Below, piece after piece: positions 22,920 through 33,600 of a stretch of DNA of 64,000 nucleotides. Source of the DNA: Naegleria gruberi (taxonomy: Eukaryota); assembly GCA_000004985.1 (NCBI GenBank), contig GG738876.1; one strand, 5' to 3'. The stretch's first letter is position 1, and each line of letters begins with the position of its first letter. The notes beneath the pieces were generated by a model, which worked only from the letters and a program-made list of their open reading frames with translations, had not been told where the DNA came from and ran no database searches. The translations under genes and the position numbers were made by a program.

Positions 22920-23651
22920 TCAATCATAGTTGCACAACTCGCTTGTTGATGAAGAAGGTGGAAATTTAAAGGTTTGCAATCTCTTGTGTAGCTCTATTGA
23001 TGAATGGTTTTCTGAGAAGGACTTTTTCAATACAAAGGTCTTCTTCATCAAATGTTGATGGAATTTATCTTGAGGGAGCGATTTCTCAATAGTAACGATT
23101 GAAGGAAGTTTGAGATAGTGAGGTTCTCTTCTTCCTTTTGGTGTTTCATCAGGTTCTTCTCTGTTGATTAACTTGTTTGTTTGAATATCAGTGAGCTGAA
23201 GACAACTCTCACTCTTACACGATTTCAAACTAGAGAGGGATAATCTTTCCTTAAATTTCACTGGTATAATTACTTCTATATTTTCACAGGTGGATTCAGG
23301 AATCAATGATTCTTCTTCCTCTTCTTCATCTTCAATTGTTGCTTCTGAAAATCTGTTACTACTTAATTCGAGTGAGGAATTTGATTTGGTTAGTGTTGAT
23401 GAATGTTGAATGGATGGTTGTGGAGAGTTGTTGTTGATAGTGGCAGAAGTCTCATCGATGACCTCTCCAAGAATCGACAATGATCTCGAATGCACCAAAT
23501 GCTGCGAGGCCTCATATTCTATGTTATCCAAAGACATTCTTCTCACATTGAGATATTCAGGTGGAAGTGATAGTGCTTGCATAATCAATGAAAATAAATT
23601 GCTGAGAAGGGTCAAAATTGTGAAAACATATTCCTTAGTGGTTTGTATCAT
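22920..23651 (-). CDS. Hypothetical Ser-rich acidic protein (243 aa)
   Basis: ORF with a true ATG and no recognisable domain. The adjacent 68-aa ORF 22717..22923 is in another frame with no usable splice signal and was not merged. Confidence 0.4.
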   Translation of the reverse strand: MIQTTKEYVFTILTLLSNLFSLIMQALSLPPEYLNVRRMSLDNIEYEASQHLVHSRSLSILGEVIDETSATINNNSPQPSIQHSSTLTKSNSSLELSSNRFSEATIEDEEEEEESLIPESTCENIEVIIPVKFKERLSLSSLKSCKSESCLQLTDIQTNKLINREEPDETPKGRREPHYLKLPSIVTIEKSLPQDKFHQHLMKKTFVLKKSFSENHSSIELHKRLQTFKFPPSSSTSELCNYD

Positions 23652-24287
23652 CTTGATCTGGTGTGAGGTGTAGAATGAATATTCTTGATGAGATTTTAAA
23701 GGAGAATTAATGGTAGTTAGGTTTTGCTCTTTTTTTTATATTGAGAGAGAGGGCAAACATTGCTCGGCGGTCTTGTCCTCAATGTTCAACACGATTCGAG
23801 TCCTCAATATGTACATTCGGCTACACATTTAAGGAAGGTAAATACTTCGATATTAAGACTATCCTTATAAAAGGAAGGGTTGGGAAGCTTTTTGGTGAGC
23901 TGGAGGCGCTGTGAGGAAATTTATATTGAGAATATGGCTCGGTTGTGTTCTTGTAGATAGCTAGGTTGGAGAATTTGTGTTTGGTGGTGCGCTGGGTTAT
24001 TCACCATTGTGATCATGAGAAGAATCCTTGTATCTTGTTCTGTCGTGGGATTATATTTGTATATTGATTCATTTATGAAACCTTAAATTATACAAGTAAT
24101 TCCTATTGATAGAAATTGCTGTTAGTGAACTCTGTGAAGAATCAGCATTTTTCATTTATCAAAGTCCTATCAATGTTTGCATAAAGGCAATCCTTCGGAG
24201 GCAATTAGGCTGTAGATGATACCAAAGAGCACTTGAATTTTGTTCAAATTTGAATAAAAAAATGTTGAATAATAAATATCGAAAAAA

Positions 24288-25916
24288 ATGAAAAGAGGTG
24301 CAGCCCCAGTTTCCGAAAGATTATTGAAAAAGGTCAAACAAGGTAGTGGTAAGACTGCTACAAGTGGTGAAGAGAAGAAGAAGGCATCATCTTCATCAAG
24401 TGCTGAAAAAAAAGTTGAAATACAATATTGTAATGTACCATTGATGATTGAACCAGAATCGGAGGAAGAAGAACCAATTCTTCAACCAGCTGAAATTAAA
24501 AAGGAACAACTTGTGATGAAGCATACACCAAAGGATGGTATTGAATTGATGAAAAATCCAAAATCTAATGATTCCAGAGCTCAAGGAAAGTCAGTATTAG
24601 ACTGGGTTTATGCACCAATAGATATGGATAAATTATATCAAGAATTCGTAGAGAAGAGAGTTTTGGTAATCAGAAGAAATGAAGTATATCCAGATTACTA
24701 CAAGGGATTATACAGTTTGGATGAAATTAAGAAAACTCTTGTGGATCATGAACTTAGATATTCTTACGATTTGGATTTGGCTCTCTATAGAAATGGACGT
24801 CGTTTCACATTGAATCCTAATAAGGATGATGTTGCTGATCCAACATTAGTATGGGATTTATATGAAAATGAAAAGTGTTCCATTAGAATGTTGAGACCAC
24901 AAGAACACTCTGATGTCTTGTTGTCTTTATTGTGTCATTTTGAAGAATATTTCGGTCAAGGAGCTGGTTTGAATGCTTATTTAACACCTGCTGGTTCTCA
25001 AGGATTTGCTCCTCATTACGATGATATTGAAGCTTTCCTCATTCAATTGGAAGGTGAAAAGCATTGGAAGATTTACAGACCTCTTGAAAATCAACAATAT
25101 TTGGATAGATTCAGTTCCAAGAATTTCACTCAAGAAGAAGTTGCAGGATTTGAATGCTTTGAAATCTTGTTAAAACCTGGTGATATGTTATATGTTCCAA
25201 AGGGTGTTATTCACCAAGCTGTCACATCACAAGATCAGCACTCCCTCCACATTACTGTTTCCACTTCACATTTGATGAGTTGGACTGATTACTTGGAAAA
25301 GGCCCTTCCTTTGGCTCTCCAAATGGCTACAGAAAATCATGTTGACTTGAGAACAGCTCTACCAAAAGACTTTAAAGAATACATGGGAACTAATATTGCT
25401 GAATGTGAGGATCCAAGAAGAGAGGAATTCATTTTAAAGTGTTCTGAAATGGTTGGTCTTGTTATGAACTCAATTCCTATGGATCAAGCTGCAGATGAAA
25501 TGGTCAAGAAATTCATGCATGATAGACATGTGTCGAGTGGTCTTTCAATTTTGAGAGAAAAATCAAATAAGGATCAACAAATTAGTGAGGCAACTGTTTC
25601 AAAGTTGAAGGTCAGACTTGCCACTGCTAACACTGCTCACATTGTTATTGATAATTTATCGGAGGAGAAATCTGAAAACCAAGAAGAGGAAGAAGAAGTC
25701 TTTTCAATTATTTATTCATCTCAAAATACCAGAGTTTACCATGAAGTTGAACTCCAACATTTGGACTTGGACGGAATCTTCTTGGAAGCTGTTCAAACCA
25801 TTTTTACTGCCTATCCAAAGAGTGTCAAGGTTGCTGATCTTCCAAACCTTTCAGATGAAGAAAAGGTCATGTTGATCGAACAATTAGTGGGAGAAAAAAT
25901 TGTTGAACTTGCTTAA
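24288..25916 (+). CDS. JmjC-domain ribosomal oxygenase of the NO66/MINA53 (RIOX) family (542 aa)
   Basis: GAGLNAYLTPAGSQGFAPHYDDIEAFLIQLEGEKHWKIY...LKPGDMLYVPKGVIHQA closely matches the NO66/MINA JmjC core (HxD...H iron ligands). AAAAAAATG start context. Confidence 0.85.
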   Translation: MKRGAAPVSERLLKKVKQGSGKTATSGEEKKKASSSSSAEKKVEIQYCNVPLMIEPESEEEEPILQPAEIKKEQLVMKHTPKDGIELMKNPKSNDSRAQGKSVLDWVYAPIDMDKLYQEFVEKRVLVIRRNEVYPDYYKGLYSLDEIKKTLVDHELRYSYDLDLALYRNGRRFTLNPNKDDVADPTLVWDLYENEKCSIRMLRPQEHSDVLLSLLCHFEEYFGQGAGLNAYLTPAGSQGFAPHYDDIEAFLIQLEGEKHWKIYRPLENQQYLDRFSSKNFTQEEVAGFECFEILLKPGDMLYVPKGVIHQAVTSQDQHSLHITVSTSHLMSWTDYLEKALPLALQMATENHVDLRTALPKDFKEYMGTNIAECEDPRREEFILKCSEMVGLVMNSIPMDQAADEMVKKFMHDRHVSSGLSILREKSNKDQQISEATVSKLKVRLATANTAHIVIDNLSEEKSENQEEEEEVFSIIYSSQNTRVYHEVELQHLDLDGIFLEAVQTIFTAYPKSVKVADLPNLSDEEKVMLIEQLVGEKIVELA

Positions 25917-25929
25917 TTAAATAATTTAT

Positions 25930-26815
25930 TTACCACTTTAGTTCAACACCGTCATATTGTAAGAATTTACCATTCTGAGTTTCGGGTTTGAACTCATCAA
26001 TTAGACTTTTAATTGATGGACCTACATCGTCAACAGATAATGGAGCTCTTTCTCCACCTAAAATAATAAAATTAAATACTATTCGAATAATTACTAACCT
26101 GTGTCCGTTTTAACCCAACCTTAAATAATTAAGAATTAAATAAAATTAAAATAACTGAATAATACCAACCAGGATGAATGCAAAAACAGTAAACTCCTTC
26201 CAACTCTATACTAATCATTTTTGTTAACATATTCAATGCTGCCTTTGATGTACAATAGCTCACTCTCTTTCTTGGCCTATTTGTCCTATTAATACTGGCC
26301 ATACCACTCGAAATATTGGCAATAATTGCATCATTTTCAAAACATTGATTATTATACAAATGTTGCATCATTAGCATTGGTCCAATACAGTTAGTTTCAT
26401 ATACAGACAGCATCCCTTCTTTGGTAGCATTTTGGAGATTTTCAAATCGATCCAAGGAATAAGTTCCTGCATTATTTATCAGTACTTTGAATTTAACAGA
26501 ATCCCTTCTTTTTTCAACATAATTCTTAATAGTCTCCTCCTTTGAAACATCAATCATATCAATATCCAAACGACTCGGATACTTTTCCAATAATTCATTC
26601 AATTTCGTAGCATTTTCTGGATTTCTACAAGTGGCAAATACTTTTTTAGTTTCATCCTTCAAAAATAATTCCACCAATTTTAATCCACTAAATATTCGTA
26701 TGAACATGTCATTAACATTCCACACACTCACACTGATTACCTACATTCCTTTCGAACATCCAGTAATCAGAATATTTTCCAAAGCCCGTGATGAGTGACT
26801 TAGTAGTTGACTCAT
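25930..26815 (-). CDS. Short-chain dehydrogenase/reductase (SDR), 4 exons on the minus strand: 26745..26815, 26170..26687, 26099..26119, 25930..26057
   Basis: Exon 1 encodes ILITGCSKG(I), the TGxxxGxG cofactor motif. Exon 2 carries LINNAG, YCTSKAAL (YxxxK) and HPG. Exons 3 and 4 restore the conserved HPGWVKTDTGGERAPLSVDD...NGKFLQYDGVELKW C-terminus. Introns are 57, 50 and 41 bp with GTAGGT, GTTGGT and GTTAGT donors. Confidence 0.75.
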
Positions 26816-27159
26816 TTTTTTCTCAAACTCTTCCGATTGGTTCTTTTGTCGTGTTTGATAACGAAGACTCTAGTTTACAACGTGAATAACATCAAGCCTC
26901 ATCAATAGAAACATTTCATTTTGATGGGTGTATTCGTTCCTTATTGTTTTCCATAAACATCAAGTTTGTTATCCACTTTCTGATGTTGTACAATAAATTC
27001 TCTTTGCATTTCGATCATAACTAGAATGCTATTTTTATATTAAAAAAATCAAAAAACAAATAACACGTTTCAAGTCCACTCAGACTTGAAAAAGAGTTTC
27101 ATTTGGTTCAAACCGATAATAACAATATTTCAGCCCCACAGGGTTTTGTATTATATAAT

Positions 27160-28044
27160 ATGTTCGCAGGATTTAATATCAAGGAGGATTATTTGAGTGA
27201 TGAGGAATCAAGTATGCATGTAAATAATAATCAGCAGACTACTACATCATCATCAATTGAAAGTCTTGTTGCCGATGATGAATTATTGTCATCAGAAGGC
27301 TCTAGAAACGTTGTGGTGATAAATAATAATATTAGTACACAAGAAGATGAAGATTCGTTCATTCTCATTACAAATTATAATACATCAAATCAAGAAGAAA
27401 ATCAAAATGCTAGTACTATGGCAACTAGTAGCATGACCGAATTGCCAACAACACAAGAAATTACCGAGTCGTATCATAACAAAGTTAGTACAGGATTCAT
27501 TGCCGAATCAGTTACTGCACATGAGGAAATTGTCGAGTTTCATGCAACCATGGATCAATCATATCAAAATGAACAGCCGTTTGAGAATATGACACAATCT
27601 TTCATGGCACATGAAACTTCAGTAACATCACAAACTCGTGAGCCTTTGAGTATTTTAGCAAGTGAAGAAATTGATACAGATGATTCATCAGCATCAAGTT
27701 CTCCAGTACTTTTAATCGAGGAAGGAGATCAAGTAATTGAATCTCAACAAGATGTTGTCGAAACTGTTGAGGAAACCAGACAGGTATTCGATGAAACTCT
27801 ATCCAATTCAAATGAAGAAACTATTCTAGGAACTGTTCTCTCTCAAGAAACATCTAATGATTCTGTTGTCCAATCAGAAGACAACAATAACACCACTTGT
27901 ACTACCATTAATGAGGTTGGAATTGCCAATTTTTTAGCCCAAATCAGCCCAGGAAACCCAAGATTTAATTTCTTGGTGCAAGCAGGAGTGATCGCCTGTC
28001 TTTCCGTATTTGTTTTCAGTTTATTCGAGATTGTTTGTAATTAA
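27160..28044 (+). CDS. Hypothetical acidic Ser/Thr/Asn-rich protein with a single C-terminal transmembrane segment (tail-anchored topology)
   Basis: ORF with ATG at 27160 (track start 27103 is a TTG). The C-terminus FLVQAGVIACLSVFVFSLFEIVCN is hydrophobic. No domain recognised. Confidence 0.45.
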   Translation: MFAGFNIKEDYLSDEESSMHVNNNQQTTTSSSIESLVADDELLSSEGSRNVVVINNNISTQEDEDSFILITNYNTSNQEENQNASTMATSSMTELPTTQEITESYHNKVSTGFIAESVTAHEEIVEFHATMDQSYQNEQPFENMTQSFMAHETSVTSQTREPLSILASEEIDTDDSSASSSPVLLIEEGDQVIESQQDVVETVEETRQVFDETLSNSNEETILGTVLSQETSNDSVVQSEDNNNTTCTTINEVGIANFLAQISPGNPRFNFLVQAGVIACLSVFVFSLFEIVCN

Positions 28045-28073
28045 TAAATAAGTAAAGTTTATAAGAAATTAGA

Positions 28074-30440
28074 CTACCTCTTTATTTTCTTAATGGCAGC
28101 TGATTTGAGAACTACAACATCAGTAGTGACTCCAAATGTTCTACTCGAAAGCTTTGAAAGTTTCTTTCCACCAGAATCGTATCTACAAAATACATCAACC
28201 ACATCCTCGGTAAGGAATTTTGGCCCTTTTCCAATGATTTTCTTAACCAGTATTTGGTCAGATCTCTTTTCAATATTTGGTGACTCTGAACGAGAGGAAT
28301 TGTCTGTCCTGTTACTGTCTGTAGTTGAAGTGCTACTGCCAACGTTTGCATTAAGGCCATCAGTTACGACAACATAGAGAGCTCTGAAAGCTGGAACATT
28401 AACCTCTCTAACAAGTATTATCATTTGGTTTGTATCTTCGTATTCTTTCATGGCCTCAAACACATCTTCTCGTTCCTTCTTATTTACCTCGCCTGCTAAT
28501 GTTAAATGGATAAGAGCATTCTTTATCAGCAGTTTGTTCGTCTTATTTGGTTGTTTCATATTTTTCAAAATCATTCCATTTTCGGCTGTCTTTGCTTCTG
28601 TTGAAATTGGTTGGGGTTTCTCTTTCTTTTTGGTTTCCTCAATTTTCTCTATCTTTTGCTTTCTAACCTCTAAGAATTTCTTATTCCTCATTTCCATTTG
28701 CTTTTTCATATCAGCAGTATTTTCAAATTCATCAGGGAGAATCTCAATAACTTCCTTCTTTTTAGGTTTCGTGGTGGCTATTGTTGCTCTTGGAGACTCT
28801 TTCACTCTGATGGTTTCAACACTCTTCTCTGGGGACTCAGACTTTTTCATATCTCTGACAGTTTTCTTCTCTGGTTTTTGCTCTGTAGGGGTTGGAGTTT
28901 GTTGTTTCTTTGAGGAAATGAAATCTTTCAAAGCTTCTGATTTTGCTCTTTCAATTTCTTGCTCAATTCTTTCCTGAAGTACAATTTTCCCTTCTTCTAT
29001 CATTCTCTGTTGTTCTAAGAGTTGCATTCGTAGTAAATGATTTTGTTTCTTAATTTTATCCATATCATTTTCTGAAATTGACTCGTTAAGGTTGATATTG
29101 GGTTTTGGAATTTCCAAAACTTTGGAAACTCTTAAAGGTTGGTCTGTTGGTGTTTTGAGCTTCTTTGAAGAGTGATCTAATCCAACAACACTTTGAGAAA
29201 CTTGATTCGCCTTGTATTGTTTGAAGAGAGAAATACTCTGAAGAATGTTTTCTTTCATGTCAGAAGACTGATGCTTCATTTCTTCGTTGCGTGTAGTAAC
29301 AACGGTTGGTAAATTGTCTTGATGTTTTTCAACACTTCTATGTACATGGTTGGTTTGAAGTTCATCTTCAGCATCATCTTGAACCTCTGTTTCCAACTCC
29401 TCTAAATCCTTATAACCATCTCCTTCTTCATCATCAGTCCCTTCAATTTCAGTTTTAATTGTGTTGGCAAGTGAGGACTCTTCAGAAATGACCTTTTCAG
29501 AGAACGATTGTTTAAGCATACTCTTGGTCATTGAATTGGAGGGAGGTAACACAGCTTCATCTATTTCCTCATCAATATGCTCTTTCTCTTCAGCAAGCTC
29601 ATCTGTTTCACTGTCATCCTCGCTTCCATACGCAATTGAGTTTTGGTGTTGAGTGGAATACCTCATATCTTCTGCGATACTAGTTCTAATGGAGCTCCTA
29701 GCTATAGATGAACTGCTGGAATTTCTTGCATTTAAATTATTAGTTGACCTGGTTACTTCACGTACTTGAAAGTCTGTTTCTTCTTCCTGATTCTCTTCCT
29801 CTTCTTCCTCATCCTGCACCTCTTCAGACTCCTTGAATTCATCGGTTTCCTCTTCTTGATCCTCATCTTGAGATTCTTCATTGTATTCTTGGTGATCCTC
29901 TTCTGTTTCTTCATTGTATTCTTCCTTATTCTCTTCCTCATCTTCCTGCTTCTCGTCTTGTTGCTCATTTTCATAATCAGAGCACTCCATTTCTTCTTCC
30001 TCTTCTTCCTCATCTACCTCCTGTTGGGTTTGATGTTCTGGCAATGTTGATTCCGAAATACTATATGAACATGTCAAATCAGCTTGATATCTCTGGGGAA
30101 ATGAGTTCATATTTGTATTCTTAATAGCAGATAATGAAACAAGAGAGTCATTAACTAAGCATATCCTTGGATTAACACTTTGACCCTTTGAGGAGGAATT
30201 GTTTTTTGTTTGTTGTTGTAAATTTTCATTAGACTTTTTTGAGTTTTTGTACATTTGGGCATAACTTCCACCACCCTTGGCAGGTGACTTGGAGATTGTA
30301 TCAACCTTAACCACAGTTGTTACAGAGGCTAATAAATCCTCTGGAGCGTGTTCATCTTCCCCTTCGGAAGATAGATCCTTATAGCTATCTTCATCATCTT
30401 CCTCTTCAATAATGTAATTCTGTTTTTCTATTCTACTCAT
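28074..30440 (-). CDS. CAMSAP/Patronin-type CKK-domain protein (788 aa) with an acidic region, coiled coil and a C-terminal CKK domain. No N-terminal CH domain.
   Basis: C-terminal KTNKLLIKNALIHLTLAGEVNKKEREDVFEAMKEYEDTNQMIILVREVNVPAFRALYVVVTDG...GKGPKFLTEDVVDVFCRYDSGGKKLSKLSSRTFGVTTDVVVLK aligns with the CAMSAP1 CKK pattern (SNRLIIRNALSHCCLAGKVNE...FLILFRDSSCQFRALY...GYGPRTVTPAMVEGIYKYNSDRKRFTQIP). A long poly-Glu/Asp tract sits centrally. Confidence 0.75.
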   Translation of the reverse strand: MSRIEKQNYIIEEEDDEDSYKDLSSEGEDEHAPEDLLASVTTVVKVDTISKSPAKGGGSYAQMYKNSKKSNENLQQQTKNNSSSKGQSVNPRICLVNDSLVSLSAIKNTNMNSFPQRYQADLTCSYSISESTLPEHQTQQEVDEEEEEEEMECSDYENEQQDEKQEDEEENKEEYNEETEEDHQEYNEESQDEDQEEETDEFKESEEVQDEEEEEENQEEETDFQVREVTRSTNNLNARNSSSSSIARSSIRTSIAEDMRYSTQHQNSIAYGSEDDSETDELAEEKEHIDEEIDEAVLPPSNSMTKSMLKQSFSEKVISEESSLANTIKTEIEGTDDEEGDGYKDLEELETEVQDDAEDELQTNHVHRSVEKHQDNLPTVVTTRNEEMKHQSSDMKENILQSISLFKQYKANQVSQSVVGLDHSSKKLKTPTDQPLRVSKVLEIPKPNINLNESISENDMDKIKKQNHLLRMQLLEQQRMIEEGKIVLQERIEQEIERAKSEALKDFISSKKQQTPTPTEQKPEKKTVRDMKKSESPEKSVETIRVKESPRATIATTKPKKKEVIEILPDEFENTADMKKQMEMRNKKFLEVRKQKIEKIEETKKKEKPQPISTEAKTAENGMILKNMKQPNKTNKLLIKNALIHLTLAGEVNKKEREDVFEAMKEYEDTNQMIILVREVNVPAFRALYVVVTDGLNANVGSSTSTTDSNRTDNSSRSESPNIEKRSDQILVKKIIGKGPKFLTEDVVDVFCRYDSGGKKLSKLSSRTFGVTTDVVVLKSAAIKKIKR
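29760..30030 (-). repeat. GAA/GAT-rich coding low-complexity tract (poly-Glu/Asp) within the CKK-domain gene
   Basis: Translated as EEEEEEMECSDYENEQQDEKQEDEEENKEEYNEETEEDHQE... It produces the artefactual ORFs 29766..30050(+) and 29753..30013(-). Confidence 0.75.
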
Positions 30441-30666
30441 CTCCTATTTTTACTAAATAAATTGTATGTATGATTTTAATTAAATTTTTTCTCTGAAGAG
30501 AAAGGGATTGATAGATTTTGGAGAGGAATTGAAAAATTGTTTCCTTCTCCTATCGGTTTCGATCAATTTTTTTAAAGTGTAGTTGGTTGGCGCTAACTCG
30601 TTTTCGCGCCAAATCTTTTTTAAATTAAAAAACCAAAAAATAGGTTTTTAGAAAAAGTTAAAAAAA

Positions 30667-33600
30667 ATGTCCAACAACGAAAATGATGCTATTGAAATTG
30701 ATTTAATGGAAGACGATGATGAAGAAGACGAAGAAGAAGAAGAGGAAATAAAAATTGCCAATAATGAGGAGATAATCCTTTCCGATGATGAAGAGGAAGA
30801 CGATGATGACGATATGGAGGATGAAGACGCAAAGTTTATAGTAGAGGAAACAGCAGAAGGCATACCGGAACAAATCCAAGATCCGATGATGGTTGTTGCA
30901 GATTTATTGAATGAAGAACAAACAGACCTTCAAAAGGATAATGAAGAAACAGAAGTGGAAACTGAAACTAATCAACCTCAAACCGAAACTAAGTCATTGA
31001 GTCTTGCTGCTCAAGTAGCTGTTTATTTGAAAGGAACGCAAAATATTGTAGTTGAAAAAGAAGAGTCAATTGCAAAAAGTATATATTGCACTGCTCTGTC
31101 TTATCATTCTAAACGTGATTATGATAGAGCCATCGATTATTATTTCAAAGTTTTGAAACGTGAATTCGTGGATCAAGCTCTTGTAGATCCGTTACAAAAA
31201 GAATTTTTTGAAATCAAACAAAACACATTCATTTATTTGAAATATTTGTCTCTTAAAAACCTTGGAGCTATTTTCCTTGCCAAGAAGAATTATTCAGATG
31301 CATCAATTTCCCTTGCAAAAGCTCTCACTATTGAAGATAAGGATACGTCCTTATGGTATGATTATGGTGTGGCTTGTTTTAAAAATAATGATCATGCAGC
31401 TGCCAAATTAGCACTGGAAAAAACTATAATACTCAATCCTAATCACTACCCAGCCTTTAACTTGCTTTTAGAGTTGTCATACATTGTTGGTGATATTGAG
31501 GGATGTGATTCTGTTTCCAAAGATATTTTGAAATTAAGCAGTGACCACAAGGTAGCCAATTTTGTTCAAAAAGAAATTCACCCAAGCCCATATCATCTGC
31601 TTTTCTTTCAAAACACAGCTCTAAGCAATTCTCTCTATAAGGGATGGTGTAATTATTGTATACCCGAAGATGAGAAAGATGAAACACACAAATGCCTTGT
31701 TAAAATATCAGAACTTGATTGGAAATTTATTTGTACAAAATTACTGAAAATTTATGCTTACATGAAGTCTGATTGCGAGATATTGATTATGTATGAGGAG
31801 AAGGATATCATAGCAGAGACGAATGAAACAACCGATGAAGTAGTAGAGGAAACAGTTGTTGATGAGCCAAAAGCACAAGAGTCACTGAGAAGATTTAAAC
31901 GAAAGAGATATGATCTAGGAGTTCCTCTGTAAGTATTTAAGAATAATTATTGTACTAACATTTTCAAGTTCAAAAAAGCCAAAAACTTTAGCAGGAACTC
32001 TTGCATACGATTTTCTAAAGCTGACAAGAATGGATCCTGTCTCTTTGGATAGTACCCAACATTCAAATTCTGACAATAGGGCCGAAATAGTAAGTCAGGA
32101 TATTTCTTTAGAACCATTGAAGAAGTGGCTCAAGAAAGTCAGGGGGCTGAAACTCAAATTGTTAGACACCATTAAACACGTTCTAGAGTTAGTTTGTGGA
32201 GAATTATGGTCATATAAATGGCCAGCAGATCTATCCTCAATGTTGTCCAACATGGCATTCACCCTTACTAGGCACAATATTTCCTATTCCTTTAAAACCA
32301 ATCTTTGCATTGCTGAACTCTTATACGATAAATATGAAGAAACTGGTGGCCTGGGATATTTCGAAATGGCAAGAAAGATTTTCAACAAGTTTGGTACATT
32401 GCTATTAACCTCCGACAGAATGCTAGAGAAAATTGACAGGACAACATCATGCAGAGCTTTGTGGCTTAGAGGACTTGTGGAGAGATCTTCAAAGTCAGCT
32501 ATCACCAATCAATGGTTCGAGCAATCTAAGCAAATGATAGACAAAGATATAATACTCCCTAATTGGTAAGTTTCTGTCTAAATATTAATTAACCTCAGCA
32601 GTACAAAGAACAGTATTATTACAATACAAAATATTGAAACTAAGATTTTGGAGCTTAATTTTAACATCATTCTGGAAAATATTAAAAAGCAGAGAGAAAA
32701 TGGTAATTGTGCTCTTGCCTTGAAATCAGTGAGCGAACCACTTACTGTTTCATTACCTGAAAAATCCCATGCTCTACTTGCTCAAATCCTTTGCAGTGCA
32801 CTTGGCAATATAGATATTAGTGAGCTAGAAACACTTGACAAGGTTCAAGTAATAGCAATTTTAGATTTTTTTATTACTTATTTTACTAAAAATGTTTCAG
32901 ATATGTTGGACTATCCAGATATTCAAAGTACAATAGCAAAAATCGATCAATATACTCAAAGAGTTATTTTCCCCGATGAAGATATCAAGCAAACCAAGCC
33001 TATACATACTTTAGCTTACAAAATACTCAATCTCCTAAACTCTTTAGGTCTTGGAAAGCGCTCCATCAGTGTTTACACGAAAGAGATTTGCAGATTCTTG
33101 AAGATATTTTACCATTTAGCTCCGTTTACAAATGAAAAGGAAAGAAAAGAATTTTTGACACATGTTCGTAAAAAGGTACTCTACGAATTTGATCCTCTCA
33201 GAAGAATTAGTAAGTTTATATTTACAATATTAGATACGAATAATTTTATTAAGGCAACTTTAATATTTTCTTACTAAAAGAATTACACAGATTGTATGGA
33301 AAATCTGCAACAGACAAATCATTAACAAGCGAAAAAAATTCAATCCTTGCTGAAATTTCAACAGTCATCTACATGACCTTTGACATGAAAATTAATCTAA
33401 CCGATTCTGGTCCTGACACAAAATTCAAAGATTGTGAGAAACCATCAAAAGTATTAGTTGATGAGGATGCAAACGCAATCCTCTTTAGAATTTTGAAACC
33501 AACATTTGATAGCAAGCTTGAAGGAAAGTCTTCCATGAGACAGATAATATTACCATTTATCAAAAGAATTTCCAATGCATTCGATACTATTCCTACACCA

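Noticed and set aside
22717-22923. 68-aa ORF directly downstream of gene 22920..23651
   Set aside because: It is in a different frame, starts at a TTG, and has no GT...AG pair of plausible length to splice it to the upstream ORF. It is most likely 3' UTR.
28450-30050. Hydrophobic or Phe/Leu-rich ORFs 28450..28977(+), 28698..28913(+), 29766..30050(+) and basic ORF 29753..30013(-)
   Set aside because: They are antisense or alternative-frame products of the poly-Glu/Asp and Lys-rich low-complexity coding sequence of the CKK-domain gene.
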